Notes under the pieces: model-generated
The model's database searches: none
Seen by the model: only the letters and a program-made list of their open reading frames with translations
Told to the model about the DNA's origin: nothing
Shown: in pieces, positions 25,190 to 36,780 of the stretch
Numbering within the stretch: position 1 is the stretch's first letter
Layout of the letters: each line of letters begins with the position of its first letter
Assembly: GCA_030390025.1 (NCBI GenBank)
Contig: JASTWF010000036.1
Coordinates: 3,660,001 to 3,724,000 of the forward strand
Direction: 5' to 3'
Length of the DNA: 64,000 nucleotides
From: Squalus acanthias
Taxonomy: Eukaryota
Translations under genes and position numbers: made by a program

Positions 25190-28100
25190 AGCGTTAAAAA
25201 AACAAGCCTGAAGGCTTTGTGTCTTAATGCGAGGAGCATTCATAATAAAGTGGATGAATTAGCTGTGCAAATAGAGGTAAACGAATATGATATGATTGGG
25301 ATTACGGAAACATGGCTCCAGGGTGACCAAGGCTGGGAACTCAACATACAGGGGTATTCAATATTCAGGAAAGATAGGCAAAAAGGAAAAGGAGGTGGGG
25401 TAGCATTGCTGGTTAAAGAGGGGATTAACACAATTGTAAGGAAGGATATTAGCTCTGATGTGGAATCTGTGTGGGTAGAACTGGGAAATACCAAGGGGCA
25501 GAAAACACTAGTGGGAGTGGTGTATAGACCTCCAAACAGTAATACGGAGGTTGGGGATGGCATTAAAAGGGAAATTAGAGAAGCGTGCAATAAGAGCACA
25601 GCAGTTATCATGGGCGACTTTAATCTACATATAGATTGGGCTAACCAAATTAGTAAAAATACTGTGGAGGAGGAATTCCTGGAGTGTATACGGGATGGTT
25701 TCCTGGACCAATATGTTGAGGAACCAACTAGAGATCAGGCCATCTTAGACTGGGTATTATGTAATGAGAAAGGATTAATTAGCAATCTTGTTGTGCGAGG
25801 CCCCTTGGGTCGGAGCGATCATAATATGATCGAATTCTTCATTAAAATGGAGGGGGAAGTAGTTGACTCAGAGACTAGGGTCCTGAAATTAAATACAGGA
25901 AACTACAATGGTATGAGGCGCGAGTTGGGTAGGATTGATTGGGGAATGTCACTCAAAGGGTTGACGGTGGATAGGCAATGGCAAACATTCAAAGATCGCA
26001 TGAATGAGCTACAGAATTTGTTCATCCCAGTTTGGCATAAAAATAAAACAAAAGAGGTGACTCAACCGTGGCTAACAAAAGGAAGTTAGGGATAGCATAA
26101 GATCCAAGGAGAGGGCATATAAATTGGCCAGAAAAAGCAGAAAACCTGAGGATTGGGAGTAGTATAGGATTCAGCAAAGAAGGACAAAGGGATTAATGAA
26201 GAAGGGGAAAATAGAGTATGAGAGTAAGCTTGCAGGGAACATAAAAACTGACTGTAAAAGCTTTTATAGATATGTGAAGAGAAAAAGATTGGTGAAGTCA
26301 AGCGTAGGTCACTTGCAGTCAGAATCAGGGGAATTTATAATGGGGAACAAAGAAATGGCTGACCAATTAAATACATACTTTGGTTCTGTCTTCACAAAGG
26401 AGGACACAAATAACCTCCCAGAGATGTCGGGGAACATAGGGTCTAATGAGAGGGAGGAACTGAAAGAAATCAGTATTTGTAGGGAAATAGTGTTAGGGAA
26501 ATTGACGGGATTGAAGGCCGATAAATCCCCAGGGCCTGATAATCTACATCCTAGGGTACTTAAGGAAGTTGCCCTAGAAATAGTAGATGCATTGCTGGTC
26601 ATCTTCCAAAATTCTATAGACTCTGGAACAGTACCCATGGATTGGAGGGTAGCTAATGTTACCCCACTATTCAAAAAAAAGGTGGTAGTGAGAAAATGGG
26701 GAATTATAGCCCGACATCGGTAGTGGGGAAAATGCGAGAGTCCATTATAAAAGATGTAATAGCTGAGCACTTGGAAAACAGTGACAGGATCGGACAAAGT
26801 CAACATGGATTTACGAAAGGTAAATCGTGCTTGACTAATCTACTGGAATTTTTTGAGGATGTAACTGGTAAAATAGATAAGGGAGAACCAGTGGATGTGG
26901 TGTATTTGGACTTTCAGAAAGCTTTCGATAAGATCCCGCATAAGAGATTAGCGTGCAAAGTTAAAGCACATGGGATTGGGGCAAGATATTGACTTGGATA
27001 GAGAACTGGTTGGCAGACAGAAAGCAAAGAGTTGGAATAAATGGGTCTTTTTCCGAGTGGCAGGCAGTGACTAGTGGGGTACCGCAGGGATCGGTCCTAG
27101 GACCCCAGCTATTTCACAATATATAAACGATCTAGACGAGGGAATTGGATGTAATATCTCCAAGTTTGCAGACGACACAAAGCTAGGTGGGAGTGTGTGC
27201 CGTGAGGAGGATGCCGAGAAATGCCAGTATGATTTGGACAGGTTGGGTGATTGGGCAGAAGCAATATAATGTGGATAAATGCAAGGTTATCCACTTTGGT
27301 GTCATAAACAAGAAGGCAGATTATCTGAATGGCAATAGATTGGGAGAAGGGGAAGTGCAACGAGACCTGGGTGTCCTTGTGCACCAGTCGCTGAAGGTAA
27401 GCATGCAGGTGCAGCAGGCGGTTAAGAAGGCAAATGGTATGTTGGCCTTCCTAGCGAAAGGGTTAGAGTACAGGAACAAGGATGTCTTGCTGCAGTTGTA
27501 CAGGGCCTTGGTGAGACCACACCTGGAGTATTGTGTGCAGTTTTGGTCGCCTTATCTGAGGAAGGATGTTCTTGCCATGGAGGGAGTGCAGCAAAGATTC
27601 ACCAGGCTGATACCTGGGATGGCAGGAATGACGTATGAGGAGAGATTGGACTTATACTCGCTGGAGTTTAGAAGAATGAGAGGGGATCTCATTGAAACTT
27701 ATAAAATTCTGACAGGACTAGACAGACTAGATGCAGGAAGGCAGCACGGTGGCATAGTGGTTAGCACTGTTGCCTCACAGCGCCAGGGACCCGGGTTCGA
27801 ATTCGGCCTCGGGTGACTGTGTGTGGAGTTTGCACATTCTCCCCGTGTCTGCGTGGGTTTCCTCCGGGTGCTCCGGTTTCCTCCGGGTGCTCCGGTTTCC
27901 TCCCACAGTCCAAAGATGTGCGGGTTAGGTTGATTTGGCTATGATAAATTGACCCTTAGTGTTCGGGGGGGATTAAATACGTGGGGTTACGGGGATAGGG
28001 TGGGATGTGTGTCGGTGCAGGCTTGATGGGCCGAAATGGCCTCTATCTGCGCTGTGGGGATTCTGTGATGTTCCCGATGGCCGGGAAGTCCAGAACCAGG

Positions 28101-28310
28101 GGTCACAGTCTAAGGAGAAGGGGTAAGCCATTTAGGACTGAGATGAGGAGGAATTTCTTCACCCAGAGAGTGGTGAACCTGTGGAATTCTCTACCACAGA
28201 AGGCAGTGGAGGCCAATTCAATAAATATATTCAAGAAGGAGGAGTTAGATATATTTCTTAAAGCTAAAGGGATCAAGGGATATGGGGAGAAGGCAGGGAC
28301 AGGATACTGA
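25190..28310 (+). pseudogene. CR1 ORF2 (APE endonuclease plus reverse transcriptase), disrupted
   Basis: Consecutive ORF fragments 25154-26089, 26196-26723, 26696-26992, 27187-27740 and 28068-28310. Confidence 0.9.
27740..28067 (+). mobile_element. HE1-type V-SINE (elasmobranch)
   Basis: tRNA head ggcagcacggtggcatagtggttagcact...ggttcgaatt, V-domain tgtgtggagtttgcacattctccccgtgtctgcgtgggtttcctccggg, and CR1-like tail gatgggccgaaatggcct. Splits the CR1 at gcaggaag/atgttcccg. Confidence 0.9.
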
Positions 28311-28873
28311 ATTTGGATGATCAGCCATGATCTCATTAAATGGCGGAGCAGGCTCAAGGGGCTGAATGGCCTGCTCCTGCTCCTATCTTCTATGTTTCTA
28401 TGATCTTCTGGCACAACTTATTCTCACCAGCTTATCAGAGGCAATTTACCCCCAGGTTTTCTATTGCAACCACCGTTCTTGTCAGGAGAGAGGACGAGCT
28501 CCTTTTTGAAAAAGAAATGTATTTTAAAAGCCCCAGAGTACTGCTGGTCTCCGAGTGCGGTTATACCGCCACCGGTTTTTTTTGCGGGGCTACCACATCA
28601 CAACGACGCAGAAGAGGCGACAGTATAACTCTGGACTCGGGTCCTGACCCGCACTGCTGGAGCTCAACACGTGTGCAGTATCAAATCAGATTGCTCAGGG
28701 TCTGGTTGACCTTCTGAAGAAAAGTCTTGCATTTATATAGCGCCTTTCATTACCTCAGGACGCCCCAAAGTGCTTTACAAACAATGAAATACTTTTGAAG
28801 AGGAGTCAATTTGCGCACAGCAAGCTCCCACAAACAACGATGGGATCGTGACCAGATAATCTGTTTTTAGTGA

Positions 28874-30345
28874 CCTAGGAAGGACAGAGGATCAGAGGGA
28901 CCTTGGTGTGCATGTACATAGATCCCTGAAGACAGCAGGACAGGTAGTTAAAAAGGCATATGGGATACTTGCCTTCATTAGCCGAGGCATTGGCCTGAAA
29001 ATTAAACCTAATACGCGAGAGTACGCACTGTGTACTCTCGCGTATTCGATCCCGAATTGTCGGTTTCCTGCATGCACTGGAAACCGGCACTTCGTGAACT
29101 GAAAAAGGGGGCAGTTCCTAAGTGAACCGCGTGCGCGCTACAGGCTGTGCGCACGCAGCGCACTTAGTTATTTTTTCAGCTTTGAACGCGCAGGTAAGTG
29201 GTGAAGATTTTACACAAAGAAAGCAAGCGTAGGACACCCTTTTAACAAGGTAAGTAGTTAATTAAGTGTTATTTTAAATTTTTTTCAACAGGTTTATCTT
29301 TTTTAGAGACTTTAAAGAAAGGTAAGTTTATTTTTATAACTTAAAAAGATTTTAAATTTTTTCAAAAATTTAATTTTGTTTAAAGTGGTTAATTTATTTA
29401 ACTATACTTATTTTATTAATGTGATGGCTTTTTTTTAAATTTAATTGAGGTTTAGCTGTTCTTTTGGGGGTGTGTAGTATTCATAGCTTTGACAGGTCTT
29501 CCTGTCAAAACTATGAATGAATGAAAGATGGTGTGCTGCCATTGGCTCTAACTGAATCACGTGATCCCAGAGCTCGCACGAACTAATTGCGTCTCTGGGT
29601 CACGCAAGCACTGCACGGTTCCAAGAGAGAGAGCCTTTCAAACTAAAGTTCGTGTGGGCCCGGAGCAAAAAGGTAGGCGCGGAGTGCGATATCGCGGGGA
29701 ATCCTTACCCCCGCGGGAACCATCCATGTTTAATTTCTGGGCCATTGAATATAAGAGCAGGGAGGTCATGATGGAGCTGTACAAAACGCTAGTTAGGCCA
29801 CAGCTGGAATATTGTGTGCAGTTCTGGTCGCTACACTATAGGAAGGATGTGATTGCATTGGAGAGGGTGCAGAGGAGATTCACCAGGATGTTACCTGGGC
29901 TGGAACGCTTCAGCTATGAAGAGAGACTGGACAGGCTGGGGTTGTTTTCCTTCGAGCAGAGAAGGCTGAGGGGGGACCTGATTGAGGTGTACAAAATTAT
30001 GAGGGGCATAGATAGGGTAGATAGAAAGGAACTTTTCCCCTTAGTAGAGGGGTCAATAACCAGGGGGCATAGTTTCAAGGTAAGGGGGCAGGAGGTTTAG
30101 AGGGGATTGGAGGAAAAAAACTTTTTCACCCAGAGGGTGGTTGGAATCTGGAACTCTCTGCCTGAAAGGGTGGTAGAGGCAGGAACCCTCACAACATTCA
30201 AGAAGCATTTAGATGAGCACTTGAAACACCATAGCATACAAGGCTACGGACCAAGTGCTGGAAAATGGGATTAGAATAGACAGGGCTTGATGGCCGGTGC
30301 GGACACGATTGGCCTCTTTCTGTGCTGTATAACTATGACTCTATG
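28874..30345 (+). mobile_element. CR1 3' fragment containing a MITE
   Basis: QRDLGVHVHRSLK..AYGILAFISRGI | EYKSREVMMELYKTLVRPQLEYCVQFW, with a ctatgactctatg tail. Confidence 0.9.
28992..29743. mobile_element. MITE with 16-bp TIRs and 3-bp ATT TSD (PIF/Harbinger-superfamily-like)
   Basis: ggcctgaaaattaaac ... gtttaatttctgggcc (13/16 match). Removing the insert plus one att restores the CR1 sequence gaggcattgaatataag. Confidence 0.85.
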
Positions 30346-31369
30346 TTGGTTGTGGGATAAATATTGGCCCAGGACACCAGGGAGAACTCCCCTGCTCTTC
30401 TTCAAAATAGTGCCATGGGATCTTTTACACCCACCTGAGAGAGCAGACAGGACCTTGGTTTAATGTCTCAGTACTGGCACTGGGGCATGTAAGACTTGTT
30501 TATGTGCTCAAGGCCTTAAGAGTGGGACTTGAGCCTTTTGACCCACTGAGCCACAGCCAAGGCTGGGCAACATACACAAGAGCTTATTGGAAACGTACTG
30601 AGATTGCAGAGGCTCGCGGCTGTATCCTCAATACATTTAAGGCAAGCATACAGGCACAGAAATGTCTATGACATCAGACAACCCAAACTGTACCTAGGCG
30701 CTAGAAGCGAGGGGCAGCCGGGCACCCATCCGATGTGCAGATGGAAACCTCAAACCAATTACATGACCAAGCTCAGTTTCAGTAGCGAGAGCGTGAGTTG
30801 CACTCGCACTTCCACCCGTGCATTTCTCAATACCCACACGTGGTTTTCTGCAGTATTGAGGCAGAGAAAGCAGGAAGATCTCAGGCTTTTGATCTAGGCT
30901 GAAGTAGCTGATCTCATTCCCAGATGGGCATGGGGTGGAGAACTGCAACCAGCCTGAGAAAAATAAATGCTCATTCTTAAAGCATCTGAACTGCTTGGGG
31001 GGGGGGGGGGGGGGGGGAACAGAACAGCACGTGAAGAAAGCAAGAAAAAGGGATCAGTCACGACAGACTGGGGTTGGCCAGGCCCACAGGCTCCAGTGGT
31101 CCTGACACACCCACGCGACCGGCAGCTCCCAAAGTAAACAGAACAATTACGGTATCCCAGTAATTTGTGGGCGGCGAGGTGACTCAGCAGCTTTTCCCAC
31201 CCCCTCATCCCAGTTCCCGCCCCGATCTCCGGAGGGTGCCGCTTCTTCCAGAGGGAATAGTTCTATGGGTGCCAGCAACCCATCACCCTCCCTCTCGAGC
31301 AAGCAGCAGCGTCACAGCCGAATCCGCTCATCCACACACGTGCACCTTCCAACACACGTCACCAGATAG

Positions 31370-31740
31370 CCAGGTTGACACACCCAGTGCTGCACTGTCG
31401 GAGGTGCCGTCTTTCGGATTAGACGTTAGCCCGAGGCCCCGCCTGCCCCCTCAAGTGGACGTAAAAGATTCCAAGCCACTATTTCGAAGAAGAGCAGGGG
31501 AGTTCTCCCTGGTGTCCTGGCCAATATTTATCCCTCAACTATCACTAATAAAAAACCAGATGATCTGATCAGTATCACATTGCTGTTTGTGGGAGCTTGC
31601 TGTGCGCAGATTGGCTGCCGCATTTCCGACATTAGAACGGTGACTACACTTCAAAAAGTACTTCATTGGCTGTAAAGCACTTTGGGAACGTCCCGAGGTC
31701 AAGAAAGGCACTATAGAAATGAAAGTCTGTCTTTCTTTCA
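31370..31740 (+). mobile_element. Deu-SINE (head lost)
   Basis: Body and tail match the copy at 12697. Confidence 0.85.
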
Positions 31741-32409
31741 GTTAGTGGGATGCAGTTGCAATATTAGCACACAGTCAACCATTTTAAGCAGGTTAAAACC
31801 TTCATTAAAATGGCAGCCAGCGGGAATGCAATCGCACAGCACAATTTCAAACAGGAGGAGTGGGAAGGCAGGCCAATTATCCCCTTCCTGAATCCAGGGG
31901 GTGCCAAGCCCAATTGCAGCACCCCAACTAAGATCAGTTAACGAAGCAGGAATCCAAGCTGGGATCTCCAGCTCGGACTAGTTCAGTGCCTTTCCCAACA
32001 TCTCTGAGGAATTGGGTAATGACCACAGGTGACGCAAGAGCTCACTTGACTATTAAGCAGTACATCCGGCCAGGTTGCATTTAATTTACTGGGTTGGAAT
32101 TAATTATTTCATTAATTACAAATCCTCCCCCACCGCCCATGGGCCAACCAATTGATGACGCACCGTCTGGGCATCAGCTTTATGAGGGGAGGAAATGGAA
32201 AGGAAGGCGTAAGAATTTGCGATGCAACAATCTTCCTATATGTTGGTAATTTTGCAACAGTGGACAGCATTCTTTTTCTCATTCCACCCCGCCCCAAAAC
32301 AAAAATCACCTAAGAGGGGAGTAGAAAAAGAAACAGCAAGTTCGACACAAAAGACCTTTTTCCAGAGCACTTTTGACCAGCCAGACACTGGCCACCCCAA
32401 GCAGTGTAC

Positions 32410-32725
32410 AGGTAGGAACAGGAGGAGGCCATTTAGCCCTTGGAGACTGTTCTGCATTTTAATTGAGATCACGGCTGATTTGTATCAACTCCATCTACCC
32501 ACCTTGGTTCCGTAACCCTTACCTAACAAAAATCTATCAATCTCAGTTTTGAAATTTTCAATTGACCCCCAGCCTCAACAGCTTTTTGGGGGCAGAGTCC
32601 CAGATTTCCACCACCCTTTGTGTGAAGAAGTGCTTCCTGACATCACCCCTAACAGCCTAACTGTAATTTTAAGGTTATGTCCCCTTATTCTGGACTCCCA
32701 CCAGAGGAAATAGTTTCTCTGTACC
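32410..32725 (-). mobile_element. CR1 3' fragment
   Basis: 3'UTR and ORF2 end, similar to 5840-6095. Confidence 0.8.
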
Positions 32726-33154
32726 TAGGTATTTAGAGACACTACACTAGAAATGATATTGGGGGGGGCGCAATATATGTTAATCTTTGGCAGTGCAACA
32801 CTGTAGTGATTCATTCACCTCCAATACTATCAATTTGGTGGCATTCCACGCAGATGGTGTCACCATACAGTCGTTCTTGTATGCTCAACAAAAGCAGCTT
32901 TAGAAATTACATTTACTTTGTTACACAAAACTCATGTTTCTGTAAAACCCCCATCAGCTATCTGCACCAAGTGGGAATGTTCAAGGAATTTAAAAGATAC
33001 ATTCTAGATGAGCGAAGCAGAAGTCTGAATTTCTCAAGTCAGGCAAAGGCTCTGGTCGAGCATCAGCGCGTCAAGCTGGAAGTACACCCACCAACCTCAA
33101 TTCAGCCAGCTCCCAGTCAGAGTTATACTGCTAGAATGGGGAGGGGAGGGGAGG

Positions 33155-33502
33155 GGAACATAAGAAATAGGAGCAGGAATAGGCCACTTGGCCCCTCGGG
33201 CATGCTCCACCATTCAGTAAGATCATGGCTGATCTTGGGCTCAAAGCCACTTCCCCATAACCCTTCACTCCTTTATCTTGCAAAAATCCATCTATCTCCA
33301 CCTTAAATGTATTCAATGACCCAGCCTCCACAGCTCTCTGGGGCAGAGAATTCCACAGATTTACCACCCTCTGAGAGAAGAAATTCCTCCTCATCTCAGT
33401 TCTAAAAGGGCGACCCTTTATTCTGAAACTATGCCCCCGAGTTCTAGATTTCCCCACGAGGGGAAACATCCTCTCTGCATCTACCTTGTCGAACCCCCTC
33501 AG
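33155..33502 (-). mobile_element. CR1 3' fragment
   Basis: LRGFDKVDAERMFPLVGKSRTRGHS...RVVNLWNSLP. Confidence 0.9.
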
Positions 33503-33582
33503 TGTCCAAGTCATTGCCTTCACTTGGCTTACTTTGCATATGGTTAATGACAACATGCAGATTCATATTTTTATAGACTCCC

Positions 33583-33795
33583 ACTCTGGAATCCCTGCCC
33601 CAAGCCCTTCAATCCTCTCCAGTTCCCTCTCCTCCTTTTAAGACCCACCCTCTTCAAATCAAGCTTTTAGTCACACCCTCCGAATATCCCTTCCTTCGGC
33701 TTGGCATACTTTGATTTATTTATTTTTTAATTATGCCTCTGTGAAATGTCTTGGGACCTACTCCTACGTTGACGGCACTATATAAAGTTGTGGCT
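33583..33795 (+). mobile_element. L2 3' fragment (degenerate)
   Basis: ctctggaatccctgccc...ctcctttta...ggcactatataaagttg. Confidence 0.65.
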
Positions 33796-34164
33796 GTAAT
33801 ACATTAAGGGGTTATAAAATTGCACTTAGCCAATAAACTGCATTGCTGTGGGATACTTATTCGATAAATCACACACTCAAAATGCTCATTACAACCAAGG
33901 TTCGGAAGGACAAAGTCCACCATTGTACGGCTAGTGTTTTTCCACAGTTCAAATGGAAACCCCCTCCCACCTGACACTAGTGACTGCAAACTTAGTGTGA
34001 ACGCTGCAACCCAGTTAAGACAGGAAGCAAAGAAACCGAGTTCTTGTGGACAGTTCACACCTCCCACCAGTCACAGAGCAGCACTGTTCCGGACTATCCA
34101 TGGGCTGCTTTTTGCTCACATTGTTGTCGGAAAAAAAACTTCTGCTGCCCCCCACCCACCCCGC

Positions 34165-34300
34165 CTCAGGATGTCCCAAGGTGCTTTACAGCCGACGGAG
34201 TACTTATGAAGTGTCGTCACTGTTGTCATGTAGGAAACGTGGCAGCCAAATTGCGCACAGCAAGCTCCCACAAACAGCAACGTGATAAAATGACCAGATG
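34165..34300 (-). mobile_element. Deu-SINE fragment
   Basis: gcagccaaattgcgcacagcaagctcccacaaacagcaa. Confidence 0.8.
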
Positions 34301-34754
34301 AAACATTTCAGGGAACCAACTTGTGCCAGCCTCCATATTGCAGTGAAAACCAGCCAACCAGGCTGGTCTCCCTCACCAACAGGCCTCCCAGGATGCCTTG
34401 GGTGGGATTTAAGTACAGTAACTAGGATCAAAAGAAAATTTAAATTTAACAAAAAAGCCAGAAAATGCTGGAAATACACAGCAGGTCTGGCAGCATCTGA
34501 AAAGAGAAAAGGCCAGGTTAATGTTTTAGGTAGATCCGAAGGATTTTACTCAAAACACTAACATTTCTTTACTCAGACAGACTTTGTGTATTGAGAATTT
34601 TCTCCTTCAGATTTTCATTTCACCCCAACTTATTCTTATTAGATTCTCTAAGTGGGATTTTTAAAATCACCACCTTAATCACCGATCAGATTATAAAGCA
34701 ATGAACTCCATACATCCAACAGCATCTGGGAGCCAACATTTCATAGATCTCGAT

Positions 34755-35150
34755 TATAACATAACATAAGAAATAATGAGCAGGAGTCTCACATTTGGCC
34801 CTTCGAGCCATTCAATATCATGGCTGACCTTCTAACTCATCTCCACTTTCCTGCACTCTCCCCATATCCCTTGATTCCCTTAATATCCAAAAATCTATCG
34901 ATCTCTGTCTTGAATATATTCAACGACTGAGCCTCCACATCCCTCTGGGGCAGAGAATTCCAAAGATTCACCACCCTCTGAGTGAAGAAATTTCTCATCA
35001 GTCCTAAATGGCCGACCCCTTATTCTGAGACTGTGACCCCTGGTTCTAGACTCCCCAGCCAGGGGAAACATCCTCCCTGCATCTACCCTGTCAAGCCCTG
35101 TAAGAATTTTGTATGTTTCAATGAGATCACCTCTCATTCTTCTAAACTCT
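34755..35150 (-). mobile_element. CR1 3' fragment
   Basis: MRGDLIETYKILTGLDRVDAGRMFP on the minus strand, with an aacataacataagaa tail. Confidence 0.9.
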
Positions 35151-35265
35151 TACGGAGATAAGAAGGGTGGGAAACAGTGTCTCTTTATAAGTGCCCTCCA
35201 ATGGTGGGGGGGGGGTAGGGGTGCTACCAGGGGCACACAATAAGCATTCAAATTTGGAGGGCAAG

Positions 35266-35524
35266 TAGGGTTGCCAAGTCTGGCTGGACATATTCCTGGA
35301 GGTTTCACTGCAGGACCTCCTTCCTCCAACTGGTCAAACAGCCTCTCTCTCCTCCCCGCCCCACACCATCACCTCAAATTTTTTTTTAACTAATAAGTGA
35401 AAGTGTTCAAAGAAATTGGGGAGGGGGGGGGGGGGAACCAAACACTTTGTTGCCCTGGACAACCCAGGAAATTAATCTTCAATTCCTGGAGCCACATGGG
35501 CAATCCTAGCAAGCTGGCAGCCAA
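35266..35524. mobile_element. hAT/Blackjack-like MITE
   Basis: tagggttgccaag ... gctggcagccaa; internal ggacatattcctggagg is shared with the 10047 copy. Confidence 0.55.
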
Positions 35525-36329
35525 GGTCAAAGTCCAGAGGTCACATGCCTCCACTTGGAACAGCTGGCACCCCAAAGAGAGTGCCGATAACAATCGGGCT
35601 GCCGGGGATTGGGAAAGGGCGCAGAGGGGGGTTAAACAAGCCAGGGCTAAAACACAAGGTTAAAATGGAGCATGGTGACTGCTTCCACTTGGAAGTACCA
35701 GCACTACTTTTTTTTTTATATAAACAGTGAAAAGGAGGATTTAATTTGTTTTTGAAATACCAAGCCGCGATCTACTTTTGAACTATTAAATGATAACCGA
35801 GCTGCACCAATGCCTTAATGCACAGATTGTCCTTTAATTTTGCTGGCGCAAAATGGTATAAATGAAGCCCACGTTTGCTCACAGCCCATTAACCATCCTA
35901 ATCCATAAATCCAATTGACAGTCGAATTCAGTAGCTCCCCAAACCCATTTGACCACATCAAAAACTCATACCCTCTTAAGGATACTGATAAAGCTTAAAA
36001 AGGGACCTTATCTTCATTTCCTCCTTCCGGTCTATTACACACATCCCCTCCCCACACACACCCTTCCTGCCGTCTCCCCTACTTTCCTCTTTCCCATCTC
36101 ATGTCCTTCTGACACAGGAGAGGAACAAAGAAATAGGAGCAGCCTTGAATATACTCAAAGACTCAGCATTCACAGCCCTCTGGGGTAGAGAAGTCCAAAG
36201 ATTCACAACCGAGTGAAGAAATTCCTCCTCATCTCAGTCCTAAATGGCCGACCCATTATCCCGAGACTATGCCCCCTAGTTCTAGACACTGCAGCCAGGG
36301 GGAAACTGTCTGTATCCATCATACACTAG

Positions 36330-36780
36330 CTTGCATCCTACTGTCATCTTTGTTTTTTCCCCACTCACTCCCCGACTGACGTGTTGTCTGACTCTCTTCT
36401 ACCCCACCCCCTTTCCTGGTGCGTTCTCCATCCTGCTCTGGTCTCCACCCCCTCCCACGTTGACTTCCTCCTTTTTCCTCTCACCTCCTCGCTTGTATTT
36501 CCTTTCTCCACCTCCTAACCCTCCTCATTTTCTATTCCCACTTGTCTCGGTCCTCTCCCTAGTGTCTCCTACTCTGCTGGATCCCATCTTCTACCCCGCT
36601 TCCCTCCTTTTCCTTTCTAACCCCCACTTCCTTCAACCTCCTCCTCCCCCCAAATTCTCACACGGCCCTCGATTGTCCCTTCCTTTTCACCCCTCACTCA
36701 CTTTGCTCTCCCCATTTTTCTCTTTCGCTCCTCCCCAAGTTACTTGCCCTCTCTTCCTACCTCCGCTGCACCACTCTGCG
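36330..36780. repeat. C/T-rich low-complexity tract
   Basis: About 450 nt that are strongly pyrimidine-biased on the plus strand. Confidence 0.7.

Larger units (their letters stand above)
24050..28404 (+). mobile_element. Near-full-length CR1 LINE (decayed), with HE1 SINE insertion
   Basis: ORF1 from 24133 has SGNH esterase motifs (IVIGDSIVRG, HIDTND, DGLHL). ORF2 has an APE endonuclease (LCLNARS, GITETW, IMGDFN, SDH) and RT (QHGF, LDFQKAFD, PQGSVLGP, FADD). Several stops and frameshifts; ttctatgt tail. Confidence 0.95.
28720..30560 (-). mobile_element. Deu-SINE split by a CR1 insertion (pieces 28720-28873 and 30344-30560)
   Basis: ataatctgtttttagtga | tgttggttgtgggataaatattgg rejoin into the SINE sequence. 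Confidence 0.8.

Noticed and set aside
28541..28585. Y-RNA-like start gctggtctccgagtgcggt with hairpin and T7
   Set aside because: No complementary 3' stem, and the wrong length for a Y RNA.
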